Assembly: GCA_050084515.1 (NCBI GenBank)
Contig: CM114271.1
Coordinates: forward strand, 24,552,001 to 24,616,000
Reading direction: 5' to 3'
Length of the DNA stretch: 64,000 nucleotides
From: Blasia pusilla
Taxonomy: Eukaryota
Under the pieces are notes generated by a model. It was not told where the DNA came from. It saw only the letters and a list, made by a program, of their open reading frames with translations, and made no database searches. The translations under genes and the position numbers were made by a program. How positions within the stretch are numbered: the stretch's first letter is position 1; each line of letters opens with the position of its first letter. Positions 50,901 to 64,000 of this stretch are shown here, piece by piece.

Positions 50901-53900
50901 AGAGGATTGAATTGTACTTTTCAATAGTTTGGTTATATGACTTGCGACTAAATGGATAATTTGGTTGCATAATACATGGCAAATTGACAACAATTACACA
51001 TGTGACAAAATGGATAGTTTAGTTGCATGATACATGGAAAAAATGTACTAAGAAAGATAACATTTTTTTTAAAATGCTTCAAATCATGTATGTTAATTTT
51101 GATTAGAATGCATCCACATCTTATTAAGTAAGTTTAAATAACAATCGTGGAGTCTTTAAGACCAACTCATATATGAAATAAAGTTGAGGGATCAACCAAT
51201 CACCCGCTATATTTTACATAGAGATCAATTGATGTGTAGATGCGGATCCCCTTAATCGGAAAAGTCCAAAGATAAATGAAACTAGTCTAGGTTCTACTTG
51301 CAAGAGCACATTTGATCAAGTATTTTACCACTATATTTGGAACTAACATGTTTATTTGAAACTTAGAGAAAAGGGTATTTGTTGGTTGGGTTTTGCTTTG
51401 GAGAAAGTGGGAAGAATCTTTGACTAAGATAGATGCTTATGTTTCTTTCTTTTTGCAACCAAGTCATGTTTAATTTTAGTCCGCATCATAGATACCTTAT
51501 CTACTTTTAGTTGGTGAGTTAAATAGAGGTTTGTGATGTTAATTTGAAACTCAAGTTTTTTAAAAGGGAGAAAGGTGAATGGATATTTAACCAAAAAAAG
51601 AAATTGTAAATTTCCTAAAGATTTACGCGTAGATTGTTTTAACTTATTATTATTATTGATAATTGAATTAGTTGAATAATTAGTTAGTTGGAAGAACTTT
51701 CTAGTAGGATTTAGAAAAAACATCATGTCTTCTTGTTGAAAAGGGAAACCCAAAAATTAGTTATTGTGAGATTTTTTCCTTAAGAAATTCTAAAACTCTT
51801 CTGCCAAAATTTTTGGTTAAGATTATGAAATTGAATCCAAGTTTATATATATAAATATAGATTTTTTCTTATATATATAGTGAAATTATTTTCAGGCATT
51901 GCAAGAGATTTGAAAAAAAAAACTAAACATGCCATATCTCTTTTAAGGTTGCATGTGCACAAAATCCATGTCCGAGAACTTACGTCTGTCTTATGGAAGA
52001 ACTTGTCTCTATGGGCCTCACCTTCATCTTCTTTCTTATTCCCCCTACTTGCCTTCATGTTCTATATTTTCTCGCTTCTTCCTCTCTCCACACCAAGATT
52101 GCATGTGGACAAAGTACGTAGACTTGCGTCCGTCTTATGGAAGGACTTCTCCTTCTCCTTCTTTCTCATCCCTCTCCCCCCACTTACCTTCATGTTCCAT
52201 ACTTTTCGGTTTCTTCCTCCCTCAACCTCCACTCCCTTCTCCTTCATTGCCCCATTTGCCTTCGCCCTACCTTCCATCATGAACTATAAGTGCAGATCCC
52301 ACCTGTTGCGATCTATTTCCATGGATTTGTCCACACTTTTCCGTTCTAGGGACGGATTTGTCTATTTTAGTGCAACCATGCTCCACCCCCCCCATTGCCC
52401 GACACGACCTTGCCCTACTTTGCACCATGAACTACAAATATGCGCTCTACCTCTCACAATGTATGTCTATGGACATGCTCAAACTTGTCAGTCTTAAGGA
52501 TGAACTTGTCCGTATTTTTGCAACCACCATGGTCTCCTTCTTTTTATTTAAGTTAATTCATGTTATATTTTCATAAGAATTTTTCTATGGAAATTTTTTA
52601 CATAATTATATAATAATGTGATGATTGAATTTCTAATGCTCATCCTCTTTATGACACATATCTCTTCAAGGATATATTTTTGCATAAATAACCCATTTTT
52701 GTGTGAAAAGAAGATTGTGCCGGTACTCTGCACGACAAATACAATAATCCTTTATTTTCGCTCTCTTCTATCTTAACTTGATTCCTTGCCTTCTTTCCTA
52801 ACTCCTTAAAATGACACATATCAACATGAGTCCTGAAAGGACAAGTGTAAGCATTACGAAAGAACATTCTATAAACCAATCCTCATAATATTATAAATAG
52901 ATAGAAAGAGAACAAAGGAAATCAAACCAAAAGTTAGACTATAGTCGAGTTTAGGAGTTCAGGAATAATAAAAACAAAAACAAGTGGGCACCCCGTGCCA
53001 TGCATAGGAGGAAAGGGAGTAATCATGTTGGACACAAAATATTTTTCTTGCTACCCATAAAGGAGGAAACATTTTCTTAACGTCCGGTCAAAAAAATATT
53101 TGCAAATCAAGAAAGCATTCTTCAACGACAATACATATTTCATAACAATAAAATTTTCACAGAACAAATTTCCAAAAATGATAAATTGTACATTCTGAAA
53201 ATCATTATATTTGAAGGGAATGGTATTATTTTCGGAAAAGAAAGAGTAAATTTTCGACAAAATACTCTATTTATTAAACGGAATGGTGTGTCATATTTGC
53301 CGAAGCACCCCCTCCAATATCCGTCGAGTACGCGGTGAGTCTCCTCGAGTGTCGTGCGGAGACGTCCTCGCGCCGACTCCGACTTTGATCTTTTCCTAAC
53401 CCTAGCTAGCCAGCCTCGTGCGCTAGATTGCGAGCTCCAATTCGATGCGATTGATTCTGATTGTGTTTTTGCGTCTCTGCTCGACACGCCTCTCGCAACG
53501 CGCAGCAAAGCAAAGCGAGAAAGAGCTCGCAGGACTCTTGACGGGCTGACCATCCGCGCGTGCTTCGAAGGGAACTGAGTCGGGTTTTTTAGGCCGCAGT
53601 CCTCCGGTCGAGAGCGGAAACGGAATCCGAGGGAGATTTGCGGAGAGAATAATCCCGTAGAGGAGATCTTGCAAGGCCTTGCGCAAAGTTGGGATGGGAG
53701 ACGAAATCTGACCGGGTTTTGTTGTCATGCACGTAGATGTAGTTGATTGGAAAACGCAGGTGTTTGTCCGTTTCAGAATGCAATGAGCACGCGTGTGCTG
53801 CAGGAGGAAAGTTAGGACGATCGTGTTTTGTGAGGTACGATAGAAGACCGCCGGCAAAAAGGAACCAAGGTGGCGGATGGCCCGACGATGGAACGTAGCG

Positions 53901-56343
53901 GACAGCAGCTTCTGGATATCCCTACGGCCAAATAAGAGAATGTTCAAAATCAAAATGATGTCTGGCTGCCGTGTTGAGCTTCTCCTCGCGTTAGCGAAGA
54001 TGAAATGCTGACAGTCGCGGCAATGAACTCACCGTCGCGCGAGTTGAAGCTTGCTCTGCACAAGAAGCGGAAGTGTCATCTCACCGGGCGTTGAAACTCG
54101 ACAATGTTTCGGTTTCTTTTTCTTCACTCATATCGCCCCAAGCCCGAATCTGCAGCCCTACTGTCCTAGCCGACCTAGCAGTGGACCACCATAGGAGTTA
54201 GGACAGAGAAAAACTGCTTGTCTTGTTTATCCTTCTGCGTCCTCCTCTCACGCCGGTTATACCGACTAACTGTATGGTTGGCATTGAAGAACACCTGCAG
54301 GTTTACCGTCGAATACTGTTCATACGTCTACCTTCCCCAGAGACGAAAGGTCCAGAGCAGGTCGGATCTAGGGCGGAACTTGTCGCCGATCTCGTATGTA
54401 AGTCTGTAGGAAGCACACAATTCAGAAACGCTTTACGAAGGGCCAATAGCAATTCTTTTGCTTTTGGAATTTGGATGGCGTTCTCATGTCGCCTGAGCCA
54501 CACATGACACGGACTCGGCGTTCCAGGCTCTCTCTCTCAAGAATCGGCCGTCGATCGGCAGCGCTCGGAGAGTCGCGACCTCACAGTATGCCATTCAACG
54601 TCCGGGGAGAACCGGCGTTACGTGTTGAGCTGGCCGGTAGAATTTGAGAATTGCCGATTCAGGTCGTCGGTTACCGGCCAAAAACCGAGGGCTCAGGGAG
54701 GGTGTCCTTCGTATTCGTATCTGTTTAGCCGGCTGGAATGAAGAAAACTTTGAAAATTGCCGCTCGGATTTGTAGAGACCGGAAATGTACCGGTTGTCAC
54801 GGAAAAACTCCCCGGACCCTGATGCCATTGCTCCAGAGTTCCGGGTGCAAAATCCAAGGCGAGCTGACTTCCAAAAGCGCATAATGCCGCTGCTTTTGGA
54901 TAGGCTGTGCGCGACTCCAGACTCCATACTCGAAACAATTGATGATGCCCTGTGTACGGGATGCGGACAACACGCGCAATCGCGCAGTCCCAAGACTCCC
55001 GAGCTCACAACTCCGATTCGCACACTTCGGCGCAAAATCCAGACAGGTACATGCACATTGCACAGCGCGTCCCTTCCCGGATCTGTAAAATTCCAGCCGG
55101 GAAAAGTGCAGATGTCGGTATTTTTTAAAAATTTGTCGGGACGGCTTCAGCCCGGGAAAAGCGGCCTCTTTGGGAAAGTAGAAAAACACCGGTAAACTTT
55201 TGTAAACTCCCGATAAGGCTTGTTTGGTTGTCGAGAAGAAGCCACCGGTCACGATGAGATAGGCCAGGAGTCACAGCATGGGGACGCTGTCACCATTACA
55301 GGCAATTGGCAAACAAGTGGCAATAACACCGGACTTACATGTGAGTGCTGCACATAGCAGAACGGCCATAACAATGGCACATTAGCCCATAGTCAAATCT
55401 CATTTACTTTCTAAATCATCAGCGGTTCTATGAGCAAAAGAGCATCATCTCCCGGGGGGTCATGTCACTTTTCTTTCTATATATATATATATATGAATGA
55501 TGGAGTTTGAATACCCCATCCTCTCGGGATGACACATACACATTGTGGGTTGCTCCCGTGATGACACGTGTAACAAGTTTGATTAATATAATTCAGCGGT
55601 TGAGTTCAAATTAACAAACCGGTGTGATGCACTGGTGATTTTCACTTGTGCATAGCACGGATATTACATTAGTAATTAAATTAAAGAGGATGGGGTTTGA
55701 AGACCCCTTCCTCTGATGCTGACACATGTCTATTTTTGCCTCCTCTAGCGTTGACACTCTGGTGTTGACAAGTGTAACTTATCTGAACTAATATCTTTCA
55801 TCCGCATATTCTAGTCATTTATATTTCATATACCTCAAGAAATAATTGTTCCAATCACTTAGGAATTTATAGTAATTTGCAACGGGGGATAGTAGCAATT
55901 TATTGGAAGTTGGTCACTTTCATGACTCTGTTGCTTATTCTCAAGCAATGCAGTCGCCTACTTTATCTACAATATTGATTATGAGGCTCTTAGTACTTGT
56001 ATTTCACACCATAATCGCATTAGAATCGAAACACCATGTTGATGTGTCTAGATCTTCCTTCATTAGGTTTCATATGAACTGATTATTGTAGAAACTACTA
56101 ACTTTGCAAAGCCCATACTTATACATATAAAGGGGAGACAGAGAGTTGGCTTGCATAAACAAGGATATCAATGTATTAAACTACATGAGTTATCTTAAGC
56201 TTCTCCATATATGAATAGTCGTCCTCGAGCTTATTTCCTTTACACCTGATGGAATCTAAAGAATTCAACCTTGTCTTTAGATAGTTTCTTGGTGAATATG
56301 TCAACTAATTGTGCATTTGTGTTAAAAAATGTAAACTCTACTT

Positions 56344-57856
56344 TGTCGTGCGCATACACATCGCTGTCATCGAACACACACACAAACAAACACGATCCCA
56401 TGCTTACTCATGGCATCCATACACAGAGGCGAGAAGTACCAAAATATCTCCATTTAAAGTAAGATCCAATCTCTCTCTACACCATCTCACACCATAACTC
56501 TCAAAGGTGTGCACTCTCTCTCATGTCAAACCAAACCCACTCTCCTAATGAGAGGCTTGGGTTACACTCACAAGGCAAGGGATCATAGCTCTGTCGCCTC
56601 ATGCCAAGAGATTCAACAAAGAGAGAATGAGCTCTCAATCTCTCTCTCTTGGAGGTATAACCCCTTCCCTCTCCCAAGCCCTCTCAACGGTAACCTATGC
56701 TTGTAGGTCACCTCCTTGGCTCTTGACCTGCTGTAGGGGGTAATGGGCCACTTCCCAAAGTGGAAATTCAACTATCCCCAACATGGAAACTTACCTGAAA
56801 TAGCAAGTTTCTCTATATGGATCCAAATGAGTCGAAACGAAGGGGAAACGTGCTCTCTCATGTTTCCCGCGGCCCCAGGATGTCATCCTCGACCTCCTGG
56901 GCTTGTCCTCCACTCCTTGTGCAAACGCTTTGCCAGATCCCACCAATCTATCATAACAGCTATGACAGTTGTCGTACGCATACACATCACTACACGACAT
57001 ACATCGTTGTCATCGAACACACACACAAACACACACGATCCCATGCTAACTCATGGCATCCATACACAAAGGCGATAAGTACCAAAATATCTCCAATCGC
57101 CCCCCTAGCTGGTGGTTAGGTCCCTCTAACTCCAGATAGCCATCTAATCCTACCTACCACGACATACATCTCTAGGACGCTAAGAGCAGAAAGGCCGAGT
57201 GCTCACGTGGCCACATCTTTAGTCGCCTTCTTGTCATCCATGTCACAGAAAAAGTCAGAATCAAAACCTATCTAGTATCTCCTCTATGTACATTTGGGAC
57301 ATATCCATCGTCCCCGAGGAATCCTAGTGAGAGGTGGCGTCAGACATGCCATATGCCAACCTCTTGAACATCCATCACAGACTAGCATCGTGGCCGCACC
57401 ACGAGCAAAACCGCACAACATACAGCGCAAGCCTACAAGAACTACAGCTGAGCTCGGATCTACTGTACCATCAATGTTAGGAAGGTGACATGGCGCACAA
57501 TTACGCACATGGTCCTTCTTTACCATACCATCGCGTCCCTCCATCAAGAGAACACCAGATGGCAAAACGTCACGCTCTCTCAGGATAGTGCGCTCTGCAG
57601 TCAAATCCAACGTCGTCGATGTCGTCTGCTATAAGTAGACATAATCTCCCTGATGAAACCTCCGAATAGTTGGTCGATAACCACCACCCCAAATAGTCGC
57701 ATACCTCAACGTATCCCGATGCTGCGCAATCGCCAAGTTCTCAAACGCCATGGGCATCACTCTCCGAGACAACTCATGTTCACATCCATACATCTTGGTC
57801 ATCAAGATCTAGCACCTCACCACCATCTCGAAGACTGGCCGCAGGTAAATCTGGCT
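56344..57856 (-). mobile_element. 3' portion of the Gypsy family: integrase tail, intact PHD, PPT, B1 (57095-56970) - A2 (56967-56453) - B2 (56452-56344)
   Basis: AFENLAIAQHRDTLRYA...; CMLC...CDGC...WHMAC...WICPKC; repeats homologous to 12989-13746. Confidence 0.9.
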
Positions 57857-57857
57857 G

Positions 57858-59900
57858 ATGACACATGGCATGTTTGACGCCACCTCTCACTAGGGTTCCT
57901 CAGGGACGATGGATGTATCTCAGATGTACATAGAGTAGGTAGTTCTACATTCCGACTTGTGTCTGTGACATGGATGACAAGAAGGCGACTAACGATGGGG
58001 CCACATGAGCACCCAACCTTCTTGCTTTTAGCGTCCGAGAGATGTATGTCATTGTATGTAGGGATAGATGGCTATATGGAATTAGAGGGACCTAATTTTG
58101 CGACCATCATGACCAAAAAAGTGCCAAGCGGAACATCGGAACATTAGCGGGCTTACGCTAAGATGGTTTGCGCGTTGGAGTTGTCGCAAAGAGGAGACAA
58201 GAGACGAGATGCGGACGAGGAGTCGCGTTTCAGGTGTTATGGTCGCGACTGAGAAACCTGGACCAAACGCGGAATGAGACTTGAAAGAAGTCGAGTCTAG
58301 GAAGTGGGTTGCCAAAGGGAAGATCCAGATTTGGAACGCCACTAGCGTTTGAGAGTTTCCGACTGTATTTATGGCCATAACTTTTAGCGCCAAGATGCGT
58401 TTGGAGCAAATAAGGATGCGTTGGAAAGCTTATGGAGAGCCACTCCAAACGCACCAAAGATCGCTGCAAATGCATAAGCAGCAACCGGAGATACAACCCG
58501 AAAACGATTGTAAGTGAAGTCGGGTTGAGGACCACAATGAAGGGCCCGAACCTCTTTTCCCAAAGGGGAGGGGTTATTGGAGAACCCCAGAAGTACTAGT
58601 AAGGGGGAAGGTCTCTGAGAGTGCTTGGAACCCAAACCCCACTTTGGGCACCGCGGGGCGGCTCAAGGGCATGGAACGGAACGCGAGTTTAGGGGTTGGG
58701 TTGGAAAACCTGCACCAAGTCCAGTGAGGCGATTTTAGACATCCCTCTTGGATTCCACCCCGCGACTCAATTACTTGGGTCTCGGTTCAGAACTCACCCG
58801 AGGACCGTTGAATAGTTGGGATCGCTAGGCGCGCAAGTGCCGTTTCAGATCCTTGGACTAACCAGAAAGTCTGTTCCAAGTCTTGAAGGACTTGCCATGT
58901 GTTGGAAGCTAGGAACTAAGGAAGGTTGAGCTTGATGAGACGCCGAGTTGAGGACTCGGTGGGTTGGAACGCCGGTTGGCCAAACCCGACTAACGAGAGT
59001 GCGTGTTTGGGTGCAGATCGACAATGAGTTCGTGACCTATTGAACGCACGCTTCCACAACACTAAAGATTGACGTTCAAGGAGAGTAGGGGCGTGACACC
59101 TAACCACCAGCTAGGGGGGCGGGCGATTGGAGATTTTTTGGTACTTCTTGTCTCGTTGTTTGGATGCCATGAGTTAACATGGGATCGTGCGTGTTTGTGC
59201 GTGTGTTCGGTGACAGCGATGTATATTGTGTAGCGATGTGTATACGCACGATAATTATCACGTCTTTTAGGATAGATCGATGAGATCTAGTAGAGAGTCT
59301 TTGTGAGTAGTGGAGGATAGGCTTGGTAGGTCGAGGATGACCTGCTGAGACCCCAGGAAACCTGAGAGAGCAGGTTTTCCCTTGGTTTCGGCTCATTTGG
59401 AACCATATTGAGGAACTTACTATTTTAGGTAAGTACCATTTTGAGTATATGATCTACTTTCTATTTTTGTTAAGTGGCCCTTGACCTCCTACATCAGGTC
59501 AAGAGCCAAGGAGATGACTTGGGAGCATAGATTACCATGGAGAGAGCTTGGGAGAGGGGAGGGGTATATCTCAAGGAGAGAGAGCTTGAGAGGTCATTCT
59601 CTCTTTGTTGAACCTCTTGGCATGAGGCGGCAAAGTTATGGTCTTGCTTGCCTTGTGTGTGTAACCCAAGCCTATCATTAAGAGAGTGGGTTTGGTTTGA
59701 CATTGAGAGAGACATGTGAGAGTGCACACATGTGAGAACTATGGTGTTGTGAGAGATATTGGATCTTATTTTATTGTAGATATTTTGGTACTTCTTGTCT
59801 CGTTGTTTCGATGCCATGAGTTAGCATGGGATCGTGCGTGTTTGTGTGTGTGTTTGGTGACAACGATGTATGTTGTGTAGCGATGTGTATGCGCACGACA
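57858..59900 (+). mobile_element. 3' portion of the Gypsy family: PHD tail, 3' UTR, PPT, B1 (59128-59253) - A2 (59256-59774) - B2 (59775-59900)
   Basis: 57858-58095 matches 12731-12968; homology resumes at 59099 after an insertion; ends GCGCACGACA. Confidence 0.9.
58096..59098. mobile_element. Solo LTR (~1 kb) of another family with 5-bp TSD
   Basis: CCTAA at 58091-58095 and 59099-59103. The empty site GGACCTAACCACC is seen at 12961. Right end GTGACA; left end is TT rather than TG. Confidence 0.82.
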
Positions 59901-61349
59901 ACTTCATATTCCAACCCTATGGTTTCACACCAAGCAAGTTTTAGTGATTGTGATCTTGAGTGTAGCAACTCAAGATCTAGGTGATACACCACACTTTGAA
60001 GGTGACACCAAGTAAAACAATCCCCTAGGATTATGTAGTAGAAACACAATAGGGGTGCCCATTGCTCACTCAATACTTAGCTTACTTGGCACCTTTGATA
60101 TTTAAGTCGTTCCGGCCTACCATATGCTTCTTTACTCCACATGGGGTAATGATTTCACTAGATTCTCCACACTATGATTTACCACCTTGAGAAAACCTAC
60201 CTCCGTGTATGAGGCTACACCACCACTCTGACCCAACAAGGCTTCGAATTGGAACACCTCAACCGAGACCTCAACTAGTCACATCCCTCATATTGTCGAA
60301 TCCAAGGGAAAAAAGGGAAAAAAGGCGTTAATAATATAAACCACGGAAAAAAACAAGATAAACCACAATAAAAAAACATTGGCTGCATCATCATGCATAT
60401 AAAGAATTAAGCACACCTCTCTTATTGGCTCCAATAATGTACTCAAATGGAGCTCATCCTAACCTCATGAAGCCTATATTGACACACTCAAGCTCGTTGC
60501 TCCATCCTATCATTCCTATGCGCTCGATAGCCCAAATGGGTCTCGAGTCAACAAAAAACATCGATTGATAAGCTTCTTGATATTCACCTCATTTAAAACA
60601 AAAATTGAGGTAATTTTAGCTCGTTGTCCCTAATGAAGAAGTAATGCGACCGCCAACACAAACTAAATGTGGTTCCCAATCTTTAGAGGAAAAAACATCC
60701 GTTCAAATATAGGGTTGAGTATTCAACTTTTAAGCATGAAATTTTGAGTAGAAGCTTACCACTTTTAAAAGACCTTTCTTTACGACCTCTGCAACTAGGC
60801 CGTAATAACCGCTTCGCTTTCCCTTGATGCCACATATACTATTGGTGTAGTTTGGGGGAGTGGATTCGGAGTGCAGAGGCAGGAAATTGAAAGTTCTCTT
60901 GCAAGTGATTTTCAATCGTGACCCTAAGAATTAATTTTCCCGTGTTAGTAAACGTTTGTTTCCCTACCGTGTGACTCCCCATGGTGTCATGTTACTCCCT
61001 TTTTTTTCCGGCTCTCCGGCCATAAACGCCGTGTTTATGTTCTCCTTTCTTGTTACTCCCGTCATGCTTCGCCAAACACTCCTCATGTCTCCAAACCCAA
61101 AACTGAAAACCGGGCCGCATACTCGTTAAATATATTAGATATCATTATCAATTTTGCCCTCACTCCCTCTTGATACTCCTTTGAAGTTAGTATTCTCCCA
61201 GAGAACTTAGAAGTGGATTTGTTTAGTCAAAATCAAACTTTTTAAAGTTCTTGAAAAAGTTCAAGCGAAGCACGGTATCCTCGATATTACGCCAAAAGAT
61301 GTCTCGCGATGGAGTCATGTAAAAACTGATAATGATATTATGATATATC

Positions 61350-61745
61350 TACCTATATAATTAAAAGAGGACGAAGTTTGAAGAAACCCTCATGAGGTGT
61401 TGACACCTATCCTCTATAGGCTCCAATGGTGTCAACATATGTCACTTAGAGAGAGGGAGTTGAATGAAGGAGAGAGAATAAGCAAAATTAAATATGATTT
61501 GTGCATAGCATGGGCATCGATTAGCGTAATTAAAAGAAGACAGGATTTGAGAAACCCTCCTCGGACGTTGACACCCGCCTCTACATGCTCCCTTAATATA
61601 AACACGTGTCACGTTGAGAGACTATTGAATTAAAGGGAGATAATGAAAAAAATCAAAATCATCCTCTAAATAAGTAAATAGCACGGGCAACTCCTAATAT
61701 TAAAATAAACTAGCTCGGGGTGAATGGCACGGGCACCTGCTAATA
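61350..61745 (+). mobile_element. Helitron-like fragments
   Basis: CTATATAATTAAAAGAGG start duplicated near 61527; two GCACGGGCA...CTAAT ends resembling degenerate Helitron 3' termini. Confidence 0.45.
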
Positions 61746-62499
61746 TTAAAATAGAAGAGACTTGGGGCTGAAGATAGGGCCAGTCCAGCATTGATTAATC
61801 TCCGCTCTCCTGTGCCGGCCCCGGCGACTGTGGCAACGAATCAGGGAGGAAATATGACTCAGGGAGGAAGTGCACGTGTGTTTCGAACGGAAGCGTCCTA
61901 TTTTATTCATATCTCAGATGCTTTTGCCCGCCTGTCGGTTCCCGACGTTCCTCGGAAGTCCCTGTGAGTCCTGGAAGTGGCGACCGGCCCCAGGGAAAAG
62001 TGCGCTCTGCTGGGAGGGTCGGCAGTCAATGCCGAGTGGAGACGTGCGCTGGAAGCAATGTCATCGGGGCGAAAACGCCGGAAAGGGGCTCTTCTGAAGT
62101 CTGGACATGGTGCGCGAAATCTGCGCAGACAGATAGATTGAAGGTGCAGTCGCGGACAGAACGTGGTGTTGGGAGCGCGATGGGATGAGGCGCAGGATAA
62201 CTGCTGGTAACTCGGTGCTGTCGAGATCATTAGAGGCTGTGTTGAATCTGTTGAAACGAGACGCGAAAGCGATGCGGAAAGCAGAAAAAGCTGCTCGAGT
62301 GCGCTTCTGGCCGCTGCGAGGGGAGGGAGGGAGCGTTGCTGGATCTCTGAGTCGGGGAAGGAAGAACATGAGATCGGATTCGCGTTTGCATCCCTGAACC
62401 ACCAGACCGATGGAGCATCTTTTCACTGGCTCGAATCGACTTCCACAATGGACGAAACGAAAGGACTTGCTCTGCTCCAGGATGGAGTTTGTAAGGTCG

Positions 62500-63020
62500 A
62501 GGGCAAATCCATCGAAACCTCAGGCATGGAATCACGGCGAGTACCACGAGCGTTTGGATAAAATCGGAGTCCATGCCCTGCCAATGGAACCCCATGAATC
62601 GTACTTGTACATTCTCCGACTCTACACACTGCTAAGACTTGAGAAGTTGGGACTTGATGGCCGCAACCGAATTCCGGATAGGGGATTCGTCATTAGGGAA
62701 AATCCATTGAAACCTCAGGCATGGTATAACAGTGAGCATCGCCAGCGCTTGGATAAAATCGGAGTCCATGTCCTAATAAGGTACCAATGGAACCACAAGA
62801 ATCGCGTACATTCTCCAACCCTACCCACTGCTACTACTCGAGAAGTCTAGAACGTGATAGAACGTGTGCAGAGAGGTTTCCCTTAGGGAAAATCCATCGA
62901 AATCTCAGGCATAGAATCACGGTGAGTACCGCCAGCGCTTGGATAACATCGTAGTCCATGCCCTGCTCAGGTACCAATGGAACTACATGAATCTTACAAT
63001 CTCCGACTCTACCCACTGCC
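62500..63020. repeat. ~190-bp imperfect tandem repeat, about 3 copies
   Basis: AAATCCATCGAAACCTCAGGCATGG...TTGGATAA...GTCCATG...CCAATGGAAC...TCTCCGACTCTAC recurs at ~62505, ~62700 and ~62890. Confidence 0.85.
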
Positions 63021-63596
63021 CAAACTTCAGGAGTACAGAAGTTGATAGCAGGCACTGAATTCACCAGGAGTAGCTCGGCGGTAACCGCAAAACTAGATCA
63101 TCTACGAGCAGTATGATCGCCAAATTAGGGGGCTGAAAAGCGCAAAATATTATACAAGCTCGAATGCGAAATACAATCGAAAATACAAAGCGGTGACGGT
63201 CCGACACGAATTGACCAGGAGGCACAAGATCGCCTTGACAAGGGAAAAGGCACTTGTGAACACTCTCCGTACGTCGTCAATTCCGATCCGTCAGGACCTC
63301 CGTTTATGGTTACTATAAACGTAACAGACAACGCCAGCGACGACGCAGAGAGGTATTCCGCTCCAATGTGCCAAGCCCAGTACCTTACTGATCATATCCA
63401 AAGTCTAGCCCTCAAGACGTCCCGGCCACAATCGAGGGATCGTCCTCGGTGCACGAAGCCACCAGGGGCTGACTGATCTAACCCTCACCGTGGCGCAAAA
63501 TGAAGCCCTTCGTCCCTTCAGATGGAATGGAGAATAGAGGATGACTCCTCCCAAGTGCCAAGTCGAGGTTCAATGATCTCATCCAACTGGCGTCGG

Positions 63597-64000
63597 TCAC
63601 GGTTTCCAAGAGCTCATACCGTGGAGAGTCCGGTCCTTCCATCCGGCTAGTAACCATTTACCATCCTGGAAAATTCTATAACCCTTGTGATGTTGAGCTA
63701 ATAAACCTCTAAGTTCTTGAATGAGCTCTGGATTCGGAGTCTGCTGCTTGAAGCCTGCGTTTGTGATTCGGGATTGCCACTGTTTAGGGGTCTCTGCCCT
63801 CTCTATTCTTTCAACGCCCTCGCATGCTATGACGTTCAGAATTTCTCTGCCTAAGATTTCCCTCTCAGCGATAAACCTGAGCTTCGTGTGGGGCGGAACT
63901 GTCGAATGAACGGCATCAAATAAAGCGGAGTAATGACTGATACATTCCCGGACGCGAGCCATGAAAAATGGAGTATTCATACCAGCGCTTATAACTCCCG
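63597..64000 (-). CDS. GRAS transcription factor, C-terminal PFYRE/SAW region, LISCL (SCL14-like) type; 5' part outside the window
   Basis: PFFMARVRECISHYSALFD, REILNVIACEGVERIERAETPKQW, WLLAGWKDRTLHGMSSWKP stop. Confidence 0.93.
   Translation of the reverse strand, partial: GVISAGMNTPFFMARVRECISHYSALFDAVHSTVPPHTKLRFIAEREILGREILNVIACEGVERIERAETPKQWQSRITNAGFKQQTPNPELIQELRGLLAQHHKGYRIFQDGKWLLAGWKDRTLHGMSSWKP

Noticed and set aside
51880-52497. 205-aa hydrophobic ORF
   Set aside because: Built from a ~150-bp local duplication and pyrimidine-rich low-complexity sequence, with no domain signal.
54480-54600. Conserved plant miRNA precursor
   Set aside because: Only weak short stems and no convincing match to the conserved mature miRNAs I compared from memory.

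Overview
Eukaryotic, intron-containing plant DNA; a non-flowering land plant is my inference only. Three host genes are visible: a JMJ30/JMJD5-type JmjC gene (-, 29030-33081), a six-exon conserved-looking gene of unknown function (+, 43623-47912) and the 3' end of a LISCL/SCL14-type GRAS gene (-, 63597 to window end). Most of the rest is transposon-derived. The main discovery is a degenerate Ty3/Gypsy family, present as four partial copies. Its pol reads protease - DNMT3-like C5 cytosine methyltransferase - RT - RNase H - DDE integrase - PHD finger. Its termini look like split direct repeats (A1 ... B1-A2-B2) rather than two identical LTRs. Two 3' halves of this family are joined back-to-back at 56344-59900 and flanked by a 4-bp direct repeat. 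A ~12 kb Mutator-like element with ~220-bp TIRs carries a SWIM/DDE transposase plus a convergent C2H2 zinc-finger accessory gene. There is also a solo LTR with a 5-bp TSD, Helitron-like fragments and several local repeats or hairpins. All alignments were done by eye, so boundaries are approximate unless a junction is quoted.
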